Below, piece after piece: positions 1-10,398 of a stretch of 64,000 bases of DNA. The translations under genes were made by a program, and so were the position numbers. The stretch is from Actinomycetota bacterium (GTDB lineage: Bacteria; Actinomycetota; Actinomycetes; Nanopelagicales; Nanopelagicaceae): positions 20,153 to 84,152 of the forward strand of contig JBDKLT010000075.1 of assembly GCA_039795495.1 (NCBI GenBank), given 5' to 3'. The notes beneath the pieces are model-generated. The model was not told the DNA's origin. It ran no database searches and was given only the letters and a program-made list of their open reading frames with translations. How positions within the stretch are numbered: position 1 is the first letter of the stretch; the number at the start of each line of letters is the position of its first letter.

Positions 1-1541
1 TGTGCAGATTCCATCAACTCAGCTGCCGCTAAATCGTTCTTCTTGATCTGACGAACTAAACCAACAACGGCACGATCTGCCTGAAATTGCGCGAATGAAG
101 ATTCGAGGCTTCCATGCGCTCTTTCGCGACCAAATCGAGCTATCAAATTGATTGACATGTTGTACGTGGGAGTAAAAGAAGAACGCAATGGATAGGTGCG
201 AGTTGATGCAAGTCCTGCCGCTGTTGCAGAGTCAACAGTTGGCGACCATTGAACAACTGCATTTCCTTCAATATCAATTCCTCGACGCCCCGCACGGCCG
301 GTCAATTGCGTGTATTCGCCAGGAGTAATGGAGACATGCGCCTCTCCATTCCACTTAGTAAGTTTCTCTAAAACTACTGTTCGAGCTGGCATATTGATTC
401 CTAGCGCGAGAGTTTCAGTAGCAAAAACTGCCTTCACTAGTCCTCTTTTAAAAAGCTCTTCTACTGCTCCTTTGAAGCTAGGCAAGAGTCCAGCATGGTG
501 TGCCGCAATTCCTCGCTCTAGTGCAAGCAACCAATCTCGATATCCAAGTACTTCCAAATCTTCTTCTGCGAGGTTTTGAGTGTATAAAGCGGCTGTACGC
601 ATAATCTCTAGACGTTCTTCGGCGTTAGTGAGTTTGAGTCCTGCAGAAAGACATTGCTTAACAGCTGCATCGCATCCTGCTCTTGAGAAAATGAAAGTTA
701 TTGCAGGAAGAAGATTCTCTCTCTGAAGCTTCTCAATCAATTCAGGTCTTTGCATCCGATTGTCTGAATCCCCGTAACGATCACGTCGATGTCTTGGTGT
801 ACGAGCAAATCGCAGCGCTTCTCTCTCGAGACCGAGAATTTCTGGGTTCACCTTGCCTGGTTCTCGAAAAAGGTCAACAAGTCGATTGCCGATCAGTACG
901 TGCTGATAGAGCGGAATGGGTCTTACTTCAGAGACGATAACTTCAGTAGTTCCTCTAACTTCACCCAACCAATCACCGAATTCTTCAGCGTTGGAAACAG
1001 TTGCAGAGAGTGAGATAACTTGAACACTCTCCATAAGATGGATGAGCACCTCCTCCCAGACCGCGCCCCTAGATTTATCTGCAAGGTAATGAACTTCGTC
1101 CATCACAACTGACCCTAGATTAACGAGAGTTGACGAATTCGCGTACAGCATATTTCTCAGTACTTCGGTTGTCATAACAAGTACATCAGCTTCTGAGTTA
1201 ATATTTGTGTCACCGGTGAGAAGTCCTACTCTCTCCTCTCCAAAACGCTCAACAAATTCTTGAAATTTCTGATTTGAAAGCGCCTTTATGGGAGTTGTGT
1301 AAAAACACTTCTTTCCTCGCTCTAGCGCGCTAAATGCAGCAAATTCACCGACGACGGTCTTTCCAGCACCGGTAGGAGCCGCCACCAATACTCCTTTTCC
1401 ATCTTCGACTGCCTGGCAGGCCGATATTTGAAAATCATCGAAGCCGAAGTCGAATTGAGAAATAAATTTTGCGGTGAGGGGGTGCTTATTCCTTTGAGTT
1501 GCAGCGGCGTAACGTTCAGCTGGTGTTGTTAGATCTTCCAA
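1..1541 (-). CDS. helY: DEAD/DEAH-box RNA helicase HelY (Ski2-like), runs off window start
   Basis: Manual translation from TTG at 1541: MEDLTTPAERYAAA...FDFGFDDFQ...VLVAAPTGAGKT (Walker A), TTPIKALSNQK, VMDEVHYL (DEVH), QLTGRAGRRG. Usual position after tatC and DAG kinase. Absent from the ORF track because it has no stop in the window. Confidence 0.92.
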   Translation of the reverse strand, partial: MEDLTTPAERYAAATQRNKHPLTAKFISQFDFGFDDFQISACQAVEDGKGVLVAAPTGAGKTVVGEFAAFSALERGKKCFYTTPIKALSNQKFQEFVERFGEERVGLLTGDTNINSEADVLVMTTEVLRNMLYANSSTLVNLGSVVMDEVHYLADKSRGAVWEEVLIHLMESVQVISLSATVSNAEEFGDWLGEVRGTTEVIVSEVRPIPLYQHVLIGNRLVDLFREPGKVNPEILGLEREALRFARTPRHRRDRYGDSDNRMQRPELIEKLQRENLLPAITFIFSRAGCDAAVKQCLSAGLKLTNAEERLEIMRTAALYTQNLAEEDLEVLGYRDWLLALERGIAAHHAGLLPSFKGAVEELFKRGLVKAVFATETLALGINMPARTVVLEKLTKWNGEAHVSITPGEYTQLTGRAGRRGIDIEGNAVVQWSPTVDSATAAGLASTRTYPLRSSFTPTYNMSINLIARFGRERAHGSLESSFAQFQADRAVVGLVRQIKKNDLAAAELMESA

Positions 1542-2395
1542 GTTAGCCCCGCATCGGGAATACATTCTGCAGAGATGGGAGCTGGACCAATACGTTCGCC
1601 GTCGGCATATGCAATGGCAGGAGCATTGATTGAGATCTTCTGTGTCCGCAGAACCTTGACTTTTGGATGATGTATGTGAGAACCAGAATAGACAGTAGGA
1701 AAGACCTTAAGAAATTCAATTTTGGAAACAGGTTCGAGAATGACAACATCAAAGAGTCCATCATTTAGCTGTGCCTGAGGGCATACGTGCATCCCTCCCC
1801 CGTAAGACTTTCCATTTCCTATCGCAATTAGCATCGCTTCAGTGGTGAATCTTTGAGTATCGGTGGTTATCTCGTAATTGATTGGGCGAAATCGTGGCAA
1901 TTCAAGAGCAATGGCTACGTTATAGCGCTGTGGACCTTTCGGCCACGAAAGTGAGTTTGCCCGTTCGTTTACGACCGAATCAAAACCTGTTGAAAGAATT
2001 GCAGCAAACCATTCTGAGTCAACATTCCCAAGATCTATCGCCTGCGGAGGTGACGAGATCACTTGATGTAGGTGATCTGTGAGGTTATCAAGAGACCAAC
2101 CGAGTGAACGCACAACGTCATTACCAGTGCCTGCAGGAACAATTGCGAAGGGGCAAGAACGTGGAACGCAGACTTGTAGAACTAAGTGTGCAAGACCATC
2201 GCCGCCTACAGATATGACACCTTCACACTCTTGTGAATCGAGGAAAGACTCCAAATCACGTTTGAGAAGAGAGGCAGAGGGTGCGGAAAATACTTGGTAA
2301 TTAATCTTGTTACGGGAAAGGAAGTCAGTGACCTCTATTCCTCTCTTGTAACCAGAGCCATGACCGGCAGTTGGGTTGATGGCAACTGCCCACAT
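1529..2395 (-). CDS. Diacylglycerol/lipid kinase family protein (YegS/Rv2252-like)
   Basis: AINPTAG, VGGDG, PAGTGND and GNGKSYGGG motifs. Start moved to ATG 2395, which overlaps the tatC stop (TAATG). Confidence 0.9.
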   Translation of the reverse strand: MWAVAINPTAGHGSGYKRGIEVTDFLSRNKINYQVFSAPSASLLKRDLESFLDSQECEGVISVGGDGLAHLVLQVCVPRSCPFAIVPAGTGNDVVRSLGWSLDNLTDHLHQVISSPPQAIDLGNVDSEWFAAILSTGFDSVVNERANSLSWPKGPQRYNVAIALELPRFRPINYEITTDTQRFTTEAMLIAIGNGKSYGGGMHVCPQAQLNDGLFDVVILEPVSKIEFLKVFPTVYSGSHIHHPKVKVLRTQKISINAPAIAYADGERIGPAPISAECIPDAGLTWKI

Positions 2396-3183
2396 TACGA
2401 AATCTTTTCCGAAGAATCTATCGCTCTTTTGCGATCTCTCCTTCGATCGTTGAAGATCGCCCATACTCCAGCTAAAAAATAGAGTGCAATGAGCGGAAGC
2501 GCTAAAGCGAGCATGGAGAGCGGGTCAGCGCTTGGCGTAAAACCTGCAACAAAGAGACAGATTGAAAATATCCAAATACGCCAAGGCTTCAGAATTGCCT
2601 TCCCACTTAAGAATCCAATCGCATTAAAGGTCACCAGAAATACCGGCAATTCAAAGGCAATTCCAAAAATTAGGATGACTCTTAGAACGAAGTCTAGATA
2701 GTCATCGAATCGAACTAAGTTAGAAAGCGAGTCGGGGGTGAAGCCAAAAAGTACGCGAATCGCGATTGGGAGAATCGTGTATCCGAGGTAGGCGCCAGTT
2801 GCAAAAAATGGCGTCGCTACAGCTATGAAGAGGATTGAGTATCTCTTCTCTCGCCGATGCAGTGCAGGCGCTATGAATGCCCAGAGTTGATAAAGCCATA
2901 TTGGAGCGCTCAAAATTACCCCGCTTAAGATCGCAACCTTAATCTGTAAATTGAGTGGACCTAATACGCCGTTGATATAGAGAGAGCCACAACTCGACGC
3001 ACCTGACTCTCGAGATTCCTTCAAATCGCATACAGGAAGCGCAAGAGTGTCGATAATTTCAGTGAAGAAGAACCATCCTACGAGCGATGCGAGAGCAATG
3101 GAGAAGGCGCTTTTTACAACTCTTCTCTGAAATTCACGAAAATGATCCAGCAGCGGCATTCGACCGCCTTGGGTGGCCGCCAC
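2395..3183 (-). CDS. tatC: Twin-arginine translocase subunit TatC
   Basis: MPLLDHFREFQRR, YQLWAFIAPALHRREK, FELPV and TPSADP motifs; multiple TM helices. Confidence 0.97.
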   Translation of the reverse strand: MAATQGGRMPLLDHFREFQRRVVKSAFSIALASLVGWFFFTEIIDTLALPVCDLKESRESGASSCGSLYINGVLGPLNLQIKVAILSGVILSAPIWLYQLWAFIAPALHRREKRYSILFIAVATPFFATGAYLGYTILPIAIRVLFGFTPDSLSNLVRFDDYLDFVLRVILIFGIAFELPVFLVTFNAIGFLSGKAILKPWRIWIFSICLFVAGFTPSADPLSMLALALPLIALYFLAGVWAIFNDRRRDRKRAIDSSEKIS

Positions 3184-3188
3184 AGAGG

Positions 3189-3371
3189 TTACTTTTCAGT
3201 TGATCCTGAATCAGGATCCTTGGTTTCATCCTTCATTTCGCGCATCTCGCTCTTAAAGATGCGCATTGATTTGCCTAATGATCGAGCAGAATCTGGAAGA
3301 CGCTTGGCTCCAAAGAGAACAACGATAACTATCAGAAGCAAGAGGATATGGCTTGGTTCGCGTAAAAACAT
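3189..3371 (-). CDS. tatA: Twin-arginine translocase subunit TatA
   Basis: [25 protein letters not shown] signature. Confidence 0.96.
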   Translation of the reverse strand: MFLREPSHILLLLIVIVVLFGAKRLPDSARSLGKSMRIFKSEMREMKDETKDPDSGSTEK

Positions 3372-3399
3372 GCCTAGATACTAGCCTAAAAAATGAACC

Positions 3400-4296
3400 T
3401 TAGCCGTATAGGGCAAGGGCCTCATTGGCACGAGTAAGTACGGCCGCGCGAATTTGATGAGGCGAAGTGACCTCTAATGAACCTGCCAGGGAAAGTGTTG
3501 TACGGATCATCCATTGCGGGTTGTAAATAGGAATCTGCATCTCTGCCTGAGAAGAACTATGGGAAATACCGAACGTTTCATGGATACGTCGCGCATTGCT
3601 ATGCGCCTTAGCGCTAATCATTGATGGACCTGTTTTAGTTTGTTCCACAGATAGCGAAGGTGTATCTGACCCAACTATCTCCGCTTTAGAAATTCGATCA
3701 ATCCTAAAGGTGCGTTGGCTCTGCGCTAACTGGCAAAATGCGATGACGAATTCGTAGCCATTCTCTTGAGTAATGTTCAATGGCGAAATGATTCGCTCCG
3801 AAATTCGGTCCTCACTGGCTGAGAAATATTCAATGCTAACTCTTTGACGCGAGGCGAGTGCAGAATTGAGAGTCGAAAAGATGAGCTCGCTCTTTCGCGG
3901 TGAAGCATCAACAATATGCAGAAAATGGGGAGTCAACTTCCTCTTGAGGTTAGAAATTACTGCGACAAGATCGACTCTGGTATCCCCAATTTGTTTCTCG
4001 ATCATGTCGAGTCCGATTGCAAGAGATATGAGCTCTTGTTGATTGAGAGAACGAACTCTATTGAGGGTGTCTGCATTTCTGATCGAAACATAGCCCGATT
4101 CAAATTCGAGATCAATCAAATCAAATCTCGAGTCCCCACACATCCAAAGTGCATTTAGATCGGAGGCTAGCTCCTCGACTGATATGTTGAATGATTCTGC
4201 TAATTCTCGTATTGGAATACCTTGATGGCTTGAAATGAATGGCACAAGATCTAGCATTCGAGCGGCGCGCTCGATAGGAGTGGTTCGCTTAGCCAT
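3400..4296 (-). CDS. pafC: WYL-domain transcriptional regulator PafC
   Basis: N-terminal HTH (RMLDLVPFI), WYL domain with RTFRIDRI; position pafB-pafC-tatA. Start set at ATG 4296. Confidence 0.88.
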   Translation of the reverse strand: MAKRTTPIERAARMLDLVPFISSHQGIPIRELAESFNISVEELASDLNALWMCGDSRFDLIDLEFESGYVSIRNADTLNRVRSLNQQELISLAIGLDMIEKQIGDTRVDLVAVISNLKRKLTPHFLHIVDASPRKSELIFSTLNSALASRQRVSIEYFSASEDRISERIISPLNITQENGYEFVIAFCQLAQSQRTFRIDRISKAEIVGSDTPSLSVEQTKTGPSMISAKAHSNARRIHETFGISHSSSQAEMQIPIYNPQWMIRTTLSLAGSLEVTSPHQIRAAVLTRANEALALYG

Positions 4297-5230
4297 GTGA
4301 TTGCACAATCTCTTGAAGAGATGTGATGACGTAGTTACGCAGAGACTGAGGTGAGATCACCTCAACATCGTCGAGATGCCACAAAATCTGGGCCGCAAGT
4401 TCCACCTCATGAATATACGGAATAGTCAGAAGACTCCACTCTTCATGATCAACTATCGAGGTTGCTTGCTCTCTCAATGAGAGACCCTTATCTCTTCGGA
4501 CTCTTAGTTCAGCAACAAGCTGAGGCTCCGGGGAGGCGAGAATTCTGCGCATCTGAAAATCTTGAGGAATTTGGAAGATTTCCGATTTGCCACTCATCGA
4601 TACCGACGAAGCAATTCGATCTAATCGGAAAGTGCGAATTTCATCTTTACCGAGATCAAGTCCTGTGAGATACCAAAAGCCATTCTTGGTACCTACTCCG
4701 TATGGATGAACTTTTCGGGATAGGGATGTTCCATCTTCAGATATGTACTCAAATTCAAGAGACCTCTTTGAGATGATTGCCTCAATAATCGTTTCAAAAT
4801 TGGAATCAGAGATGGTGACGCGTGTTGCGATAGAAGGCACGGAATCCAAATCTGAATCAACCCCGAAAGATTTGAGCTTATTGAGGGCAGAAAGTGCAGG
4901 AGAATCCAAAACCGCACCTCGCCAAGCCTGTGAAGCAAGAGAAATCAGAGCAAGTTCTTGCTCTGAGACACTTTCTAAATGTGTTGAGTACTTCTCTGGC
5001 CTGATCCGATAGCCAACTTCATCATCAAAGAGTGGATCAAAAGTTCCAACTTCGATATCTATTCCCAACTTGCGAAGATCATCCTTGTCGCGCTCAAACA
5101 TGCGCTCTTTACTATCAGCTTCACCTTCGTATCCATCAATGGAGGCAAATATCTCCTCTTTAGTTAACCAACGTTTAGTGGCCAATAAAGCAATGGTCAG
5201 ATTAACTAAACGCTCACTCTTCCGAGACAC
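4289..5230 (-). CDS. pafB: WYL-domain transcriptional regulator PafB
   Basis: KSERLVNLTIALL, RMFERDKDDLRKLG, WYL and RTFRLDRI motifs. Start set at GTG 5230. Confidence 0.92.
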   Translation of the reverse strand: MSRKSERLVNLTIALLATKRWLTKEEIFASIDGYEGEADSKERMFERDKDDLRKLGIDIEVGTFDPLFDDEVGYRIRPEKYSTHLESVSEQELALISLASQAWRGAVLDSPALSALNKLKSFGVDSDLDSVPSIATRVTISDSNFETIIEAIISKRSLEFEYISEDGTSLSRKVHPYGVGTKNGFWYLTGLDLGKDEIRTFRLDRIASSVSMSGKSEIFQIPQDFQMRRILASPEPQLVAELRVRRDKGLSLREQATSIVDHEEWSLLTIPYIHEVELAAQILWHLDDVEVISPQSLRNYVITSLQEIVQSHG

Positions 5231-6065
5231 CGTATGCACCTTTAGCAGGACGTCGTCGTCGTGGCAGAACATCGACGCCAGGAGCCATTCGTCTACTGTG
5301 AATAAGAAATCCAGTATGACCAATCATTCTCTGTTGAGGTCTTACAGCTAATCCCTCATGATGCCATCCGCGCACAATCGTCTCTGAACTCTCGGGTTCT
5401 GTGAAGTGGCCATCAGATTTCAGCGCTTCAGCAGTAGCTGATAACTGAGTAGTGGTTGCAACATATGCGAGGAACACTCCCCCTGGACGTAGTACCTCTG
5501 CCGCCATTGCGACACATTCCCAAGGAGCCAACATGTCGAGTATTACCCGATCAAATGTCTCTTTAAATATTTGGTCTTGCACGGAGCCAACAGATAACGA
5601 CCAGTTATCGGGCGCTCCCCCAAAATAATCGGAGACATTTGCCGAAGCATTATCGGCAAAGTCTTGACGACGTTCTACGGAATGAACTGAACCAGTTGAA
5701 CCAACTGCACGAAGTAATGAAAGTGTCAGAGCGCCACTGCCAACTCCTGCCTCAAGTACTCGTGCACCAGGATATATATCGGCAACTCCAACAATCATCG
5801 CTGCATCTTTCGGATAGACGATAGTTGCACCACGCGGCATCGATAGAACGTAATCGGCGAGTAATGGTATGAATGCGGTAAATTTCAAACCGGCAGTTGT
5901 GCTGACGACTGATCCTTCTGGCAATCCGATGAGATCATCGTGCGTAATCCATCCTTTATGGGTGTGCCACTCTTTTCCGGGAGTAATGGTGAAGCTGTAG
6001 AGCTTGCCCTTGGGATCGGTCAATTGGACTCGATCACCAGCTTTGAAATATCCGGAAGTAGACAC
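5214..6065 (-). CDS. trmI: tRNA (adenine58-N1)-methyltransferase
   Basis: GDRVQLTDPKG, MPRGATIVYPKD, EAGVGSGALT, LDMLAPW, HTGFL. Confidence 0.95.
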   Translation of the reverse strand: MSTSGYFKAGDRVQLTDPKGKLYSFTITPGKEWHTHKGWITHDDLIGLPEGSVVSTTAGLKFTAFIPLLADYVLSMPRGATIVYPKDAAMIVGVADIYPGARVLEAGVGSGALTLSLLRAVGSTGSVHSVERRQDFADNASANVSDYFGGAPDNWSLSVGSVQDQIFKETFDRVILDMLAPWECVAMAAEVLRPGGVFLAYVATTTQLSATAEALKSDGHFTEPESSETIVRGWHHEGLAVRPQQRMIGHTGFLIHSRRMAPGVDVLPRRRRPAKGAYGVSEE

Positions 6066-6125
6066 GGGTGAATCTTAGGTGAAAGTAGAGTATCTCGTTG
6101 TGATGGTCGATGTATCGTCTGTGCA

Positions 6126-6878
6126 GTGATTCCACTTCGCCTCTCTCCGAGCCGCTTGAATGATTTCACCAATTGCCCCCAACTCTATAAATATCGTGCA
6201 ATTGACCAGCTTCCCGAGCCTCCAAGTCTCGATGCCGAGCGGGGAAAATTGATCCACTCTGTTCTCGAAGATCTATATGACTTCCCAGCACAGGACCGAA
6301 ATTTTGAGCGGGCTAGAACAATTCTCCCCACTAAGTGGAGTCAACAAATTTCTGAAAATTTAGAACTCCAAAAGTTGGTGAGTGATGAGAAGGAATGGTT
6401 TGATCGCGCTGAATCACTTCTACAAAACTATTTCACTTTAGAAAATCCTTCAGCATTTGAACCTACTTTTCGAGAGTTGCACTTAGAGCGTGACATCTCA
6501 GACGACATGTATCTCCACGGATATGTCGACCGTCTCGATATTGCTCCCACTGGAGAGGTTCGAATCGTCGATTACAAGACCGGTAAGGCTCCGAAGCCAG
6601 GATGGGAAGAGAAGGCTCTCTTTCAGCTACGTGTCTACGCACTGCTGTATTGGCAGAACCATGGTGTACTCCCCCGCCTCTTGCAACTGATCTACTTGGG
6701 AGATTCAAAGATAATCAAAAGTCAACCGACACAGAATCAGCTCTTGGCAACAGAGAAGATCCTAAAGAATATCGGCGCGGAAATTCTGACAGCACTAGAA
6801 CAGATGGATTTCCCAACAAAGAAGTCTCGTCTATGCGATTGGTGCCACTTCAAAAAAATTTGTCCGGCTCATAATTAG
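6126..6878 (+). CDS. RecB-family / Cas4-like PD-(D/E)xK exonuclease with four Cys
   Basis: LSPSR..DF..CP, GYVDRLD, IVDYKTG, QLRVYA and C-terminal CDWCHFKKIC. Conserved actinobacterial neighbour of trmI. Confidence 0.9.
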   Translation: MIPLRLSPSRLNDFTNCPQLYKYRAIDQLPEPPSLDAERGKLIHSVLEDLYDFPAQDRNFERARTILPTKWSQQISENLELQKLVSDEKEWFDRAESLLQNYFTLENPSAFEPTFRELHLERDISDDMYLHGYVDRLDIAPTGEVRIVDYKTGKAPKPGWEEKALFQLRVYALLYWQNHGVLPRLLQLIYLGDSKIIKSQPTQNQLLATEKILKNIGAEILTALEQMDFPTKKSRLCDWCHFKKICPAHN

Positions 6879-6885
6879 TTCAGGC

Positions 6886-9800
6886 TTAGTTTGCGTTGAA
6901 GTATTTTGCTTCTGGGTGATGCACAATAATCGCCGATGTTGATTGTTCGGGATGTAATTGGAATTCCTCAGAGAGTTGTACACCGATACGCTCTGGTTCG
7001 AGTAATTCGCAGAGCAAAGTTTGTTGTTCGATATCAGGGCAAGCTGGATATCCAAATGAATATCTAGATCCGCGGTATCCCTGATCCAAAATCCCTTGAA
7101 GATCCGGCGAATCATCGAGTCGTACTGAAAGTTCTTCACGGACTCGGGCATGCCAATGCTCAGCCAGCGCTTCAGTTAGCTGCACGGAGAGCCCGTGCAA
7201 TTCCAAATAATCTCGATATTGATTTGATTCAAAGAGTGTATTTGCCGCTTTGCTAACAGTATTGCCCATAGTGACAACGTGGAATGCGACCACATCTGTC
7301 TTTCCAGAATCCTTCGAAGCAAAGAAATCCGAAAGACAGAGTCGACGATCGCGTGATTGGCGAGGGAATGAAAAACGCATCCGTTCTTTGCCTTTTTGGG
7401 GACCTTCATGATGAAGAATGATCAGATCGTTTCCTTCAGATACACATGGGAAATAGCCATAAACGACAGCAGCTTCCAACCAGCCTTTTGATTGCACTTC
7501 GTTGAGCAATCGACGAAGACGCGGACGGCCTTCTGATTCAGCCATGACTTCGAATTCACCACGCGCACCTTTAAGACCCCATTGACCCATGAAAAGAGCT
7601 CGTTCATCGAGCATTCCTACGTAATCTGCAAGCGGTATGCCCTTAACGATTCGAGTACCAAAGAAAGGTGCTTGAGGAATTTCGATCTCTGTTGAAACAT
7701 CACTTCTGCGAGTATCAAGTACGGCTTCTTCGCTCTTGCGAGCAATAGCCTTTACCTTTCTTTCACGTAATGCGGGAAGTGTTGCACCCTCCTCTCCTCG
7801 CTTAACAGCCATGATGGCATCCATGAGTCGAAGACCTTCGAATGCATCACGCGCATAGCGAACTTCTCCGTCGTACATTCCAGCAAGATCCTGCTCGACG
7901 TAGGCGCGCGTAAGCGCCGCACCTCCGAGGACGACAGGCCATTTATCCGACAATCCGCGCGATTGAATCTCTTGGAGGTTCTCTTTCATCACGACAGTTG
8001 ATTTAACGAGAAGCCCTGACATTCCGACTGCATCGACATCATTTTCAAGTGCAGCGTCGATGATTTGATTAATCGTCTGCTTAATTCCGATATTAACAAC
8101 TTGATAACCATTATTGGAAAGGATGATATCGACAAGATTCTTACCGATATCGTGGACGTCTCCCTTAACAGTTGCCAGCAGCATGCGTCCGCGGCCTGCA
8201 TCACCTGTCTTCTCCATATGCGGTTCCAAGTAAGCGACAGCTGACTTCATCACCTCAGCACTTTGGAGGACGAAGGGCAACTGCATCTCGCCTTTGCCAA
8301 AGAGTTCGCCAACAACCTTCATTCCTTCAAGAAGATGATCATTGATAATGGCAAGAGGAGCAATTCCATCGGCTAGCGCTGAAGTGAGATCATCCTCTAG
8401 TCCAACTTTCTCACCATCGATGATGCGACGTTCAAGTCGTTCGCGAAGCGGCAAGGCAGCCAGTTCAGCTGCTCGGACATTTCTAGATGCTGCAAGTTCA
8501 ACTCCTTCGAAAAGTTGTAGGAACTCTTGCAATGGATCATAAGTACAGGTATCACCATCGTATGTACGTCGATCATAAATAAGATCGAGTGCGACTTGTT
8601 TCTGCCGCTCTTCGATACGCGCCATAGGCATGATCTTTGACGGATGAACAATCGCTGAATCAAGACCGGCTTCAACGCACTCATGCAAGAAGACTGAATT
8701 GAGGACAACTCGAGCTGCTGGGTTAAGCCCAAATGAAACATTGCTTACACCTAAAGTTGTCTGAACTTCTGGGTATTCAGATTTCAAAGTCTTAATCGCT
8801 GTAATGGTCTCTAGCCCATCACGTCGTGTTTCTTCTTGACCTGTCGCAATAGGAAAAGTCAGCGCATCAATAAGGATGTCGCCGATCTTCAGATCCCACT
8901 TACCGGTGAGATCTGCAATTAATCTACGTGCTACTCGCAATTTCCACTCTGCGGTACGTGCTTGGCCTTCCTCATCAATGGTGAGAGCTACAACAGCAGC
9001 ACCATGTTCCTTGACCAAAGGCATAATTCGAGAGAAACGAGATTGGGGTCCATCGCCATCTTCATAATTGACGGAGTTGATGACGCATCGCCCACCTAGA
9101 GCTTCGAGACCTGCCTGCAAAACTGCCGGCTCAGTTGAGTCGAGAACTATCGGCAACGTTGAAGACGTTGCAAATCGTGAAGCAATCTCATACATATCGC
9201 GCGTGCCATCGCGACCAACATAGTCGACAGATAAATCAAGCATATGTGCGCCATCGCGGATTTGATCACGGGCGATTTCGACACAGGTTTGCCAATCTTC
9301 TGCAACAAGTGCATCTCTGAAAGCACGGGATCCGTTGGCATTAGTTCGTTCACCAATTGCAAGGTAAGTCTTGTCTTGCCTGAAAGGAACATATTGATAC
9401 AGAGAGGAAGCGCCGGGTTCTAATATTGATACGCGACTCTGTACCTTTCTTCTATCCAATTTCGATACAACGGCTGCCAAATGTTCAGGGGTAGTTCCAC
9501 AACATCCACCAATGAGTGTGATTCCGTAATCTGCAACAAAGGTTTCAAGTGATTCAGCAAGCTCGTCAGGGCCTAGTGGATATTGAGCCCCATCTTTACC
9601 GAGAATTGGTAAACCTGCATTTGGCATCACTGAGATGGAACAAGTCGCATTCTTAGATAGATAACGCAGATGTTCTGACATTTCAGCAGGACCAGTAGCG
9701 CAATTGAGCCCGATGAGATCAATCTCCAAATGCTCAATCGCATTGAGCGCTGCACCTATCTCAGAACCCAGGAGCATAGTTCCCGTTGTCTCAACTGTTA

Positions 9801-10398
9801 CTTGTGCGATGAGCACAATGTCCCGATCGGATTCGGTGATTGCTTGACGAGCTCCGTTAACTGCCGCCTTTGCCTGAAGGAGATCTTGTGTTGTTTCGAT
9901 CAAGAGCGCATCTGCACCCGAGTCAATTAATCCACGTGAGGCTGTGTAGTACGCACTCTTGAGATGTGAATACGTCGTATGTCCGAGGCTAGGCAGCTTT
10001 GTACCTGGACCAAGTGAGCCTAAGACAAATCGAGGCTTATCTTCAGTGGAATATGCATCAGCTGCGGCGCGCGCGATCTCTCCACCAGCAAAAGCTAACT
10101 CGTAGATGCGGTCTTCAATTCCATATTCGGCGAGATTCGCCCAGTTGGCTCCGAAGGTATTGGTCTCGATGGCATCGACTCCTACTTTGAGATAGGACTC
10201 ATGTACGGAACGAACTAACTCAGGTCGAGTGACATTGAGGATTTCATTACATCCTTCGTAGCCTTGGAAATCATCAAGAGTGGGATCAGCCGCCTGCAAC
10301 ATGGTTCCCATGGCGCCATCTGCGATTACTACACGAGTTGAGAGCGCCTGGCGGAGTTCACCTGCAGGTACAACTCTCTTTTCAACGCGACTCGTCAC
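6886..10398 (-). CDS. metH: Cobalamin-dependent methionine synthase
   Basis: DGAMGT, GLNCA, GGCCGT, GERTNANGS, B12-binding GDVHDIGKN, C-terminal RYSFGYPACPD. Confidence 0.98.
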   Translation of the reverse strand: MTSRVEKRVVPAGELRQALSTRVVIADGAMGTMLQAADPTLDDFQGYEGCNEILNVTRPELVRSVHESYLKVGVDAIETNTFGANWANLAEYGIEDRIYELAFAGGEIARAAADAYSTEDKPRFVLGSLGPGTKLPSLGHTTYSHLKSAYYTASRGLIDSGADALLIETTQDLLQAKAAVNGARQAITESDRDIVLIAQVTVETTGTMLLGSEIGAALNAIEHLEIDLIGLNCATGPAEMSEHLRYLSKNATCSISVMPNAGLPILGKDGAQYPLGPDELAESLETFVADYGITLIGGCCGTTPEHLAAVVSKLDRRKVQSRVSILEPGASSLYQYVPFRQDKTYLAIGERTNANGSRAFRDALVAEDWQTCVEIARDQIRDGAHMLDLSVDYVGRDGTRDMYEIASRFATSSTLPIVLDSTEPAVLQAGLEALGGRCVINSVNYEDGDGPQSRFSRIMPLVKEHGAAVVALTIDEEGQARTAEWKLRVARRLIADLTGKWDLKIGDILIDALTFPIATGQEETRRDGLETITAIKTLKSEYPEVQTTLGVSNVSFGLNPAARVVLNSVFLHECVEAGLDSAIVHPSKIMPMARIEERQKQVALDLIYDRRTYDGDTCTYDPLQEFLQLFEGVELAASRNVRAAELAALPLRERLERRIIDGEKVGLEDDLTSALADGIAPLAIINDHLLEGMKVVGELFGKGEMQLPFVLQSAEVMKSAVAYLEPHMEKTGDAGRGRMLLATVKGDVHDIGKNLVDIILSNNGYQVVNIGIKQTINQIIDAALENDVDAVGMSGLLVKSTVVMKENLQEIQSRGLSDKWPVVLGGAALTRAYVEQDLAGMYDGEVRYARDAFEGLRLMDAIMAVKRGEEGATLPALRERKVKAIARKSEEAVLDTRRSDVSTEIEIPQAPFFGTRIVKGIPLADYVGMLDERALFMGQWGLKGARGEFEVMAESEGRPRLRRLLNEVQSKGWLEAAVVYGYFPCVSEGNDLIILHHEGPQKGKERMRFSFPRQSRDRRLCLSDFFASKDSGKTDVVAFHVVTMGNTVSKAANTLFESNQYRDYLELHGLSVQLTEALAEHWHARVREELSVRLDDSPDLQGILDQGYRGSRYSFGYPACPDIEQQTLLCELLEPERIGVQLSEEFQLHPEQSTSAIIVHHPEAKYFNAN

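Noticed and set aside
310-1013. Short plus-strand ORFs at the window start
   Set aside because: They lie antisense to helY, which occupies 1-1541.
3400-5230. WYL pair as regulators of an anti-phage island
   Set aside because: Sequence and pafB-pafC-tatA-tatC-helY synteny identify them as housekeeping PafBC.
6097-6118. PafBC (TGTCGG-N10-TAnnnT) promoter upstream of the RecB nuclease
   Set aside because: The TGTGAT word is a poor match and lies 2 nt too close to the -10.
6126-6878. Cas4-like nuclease as evidence of a CRISPR-Cas or defence system
   Set aside because: No repeats or cas genes nearby; this is the usual solo RecB-family gene beside trmI in actinobacteria.
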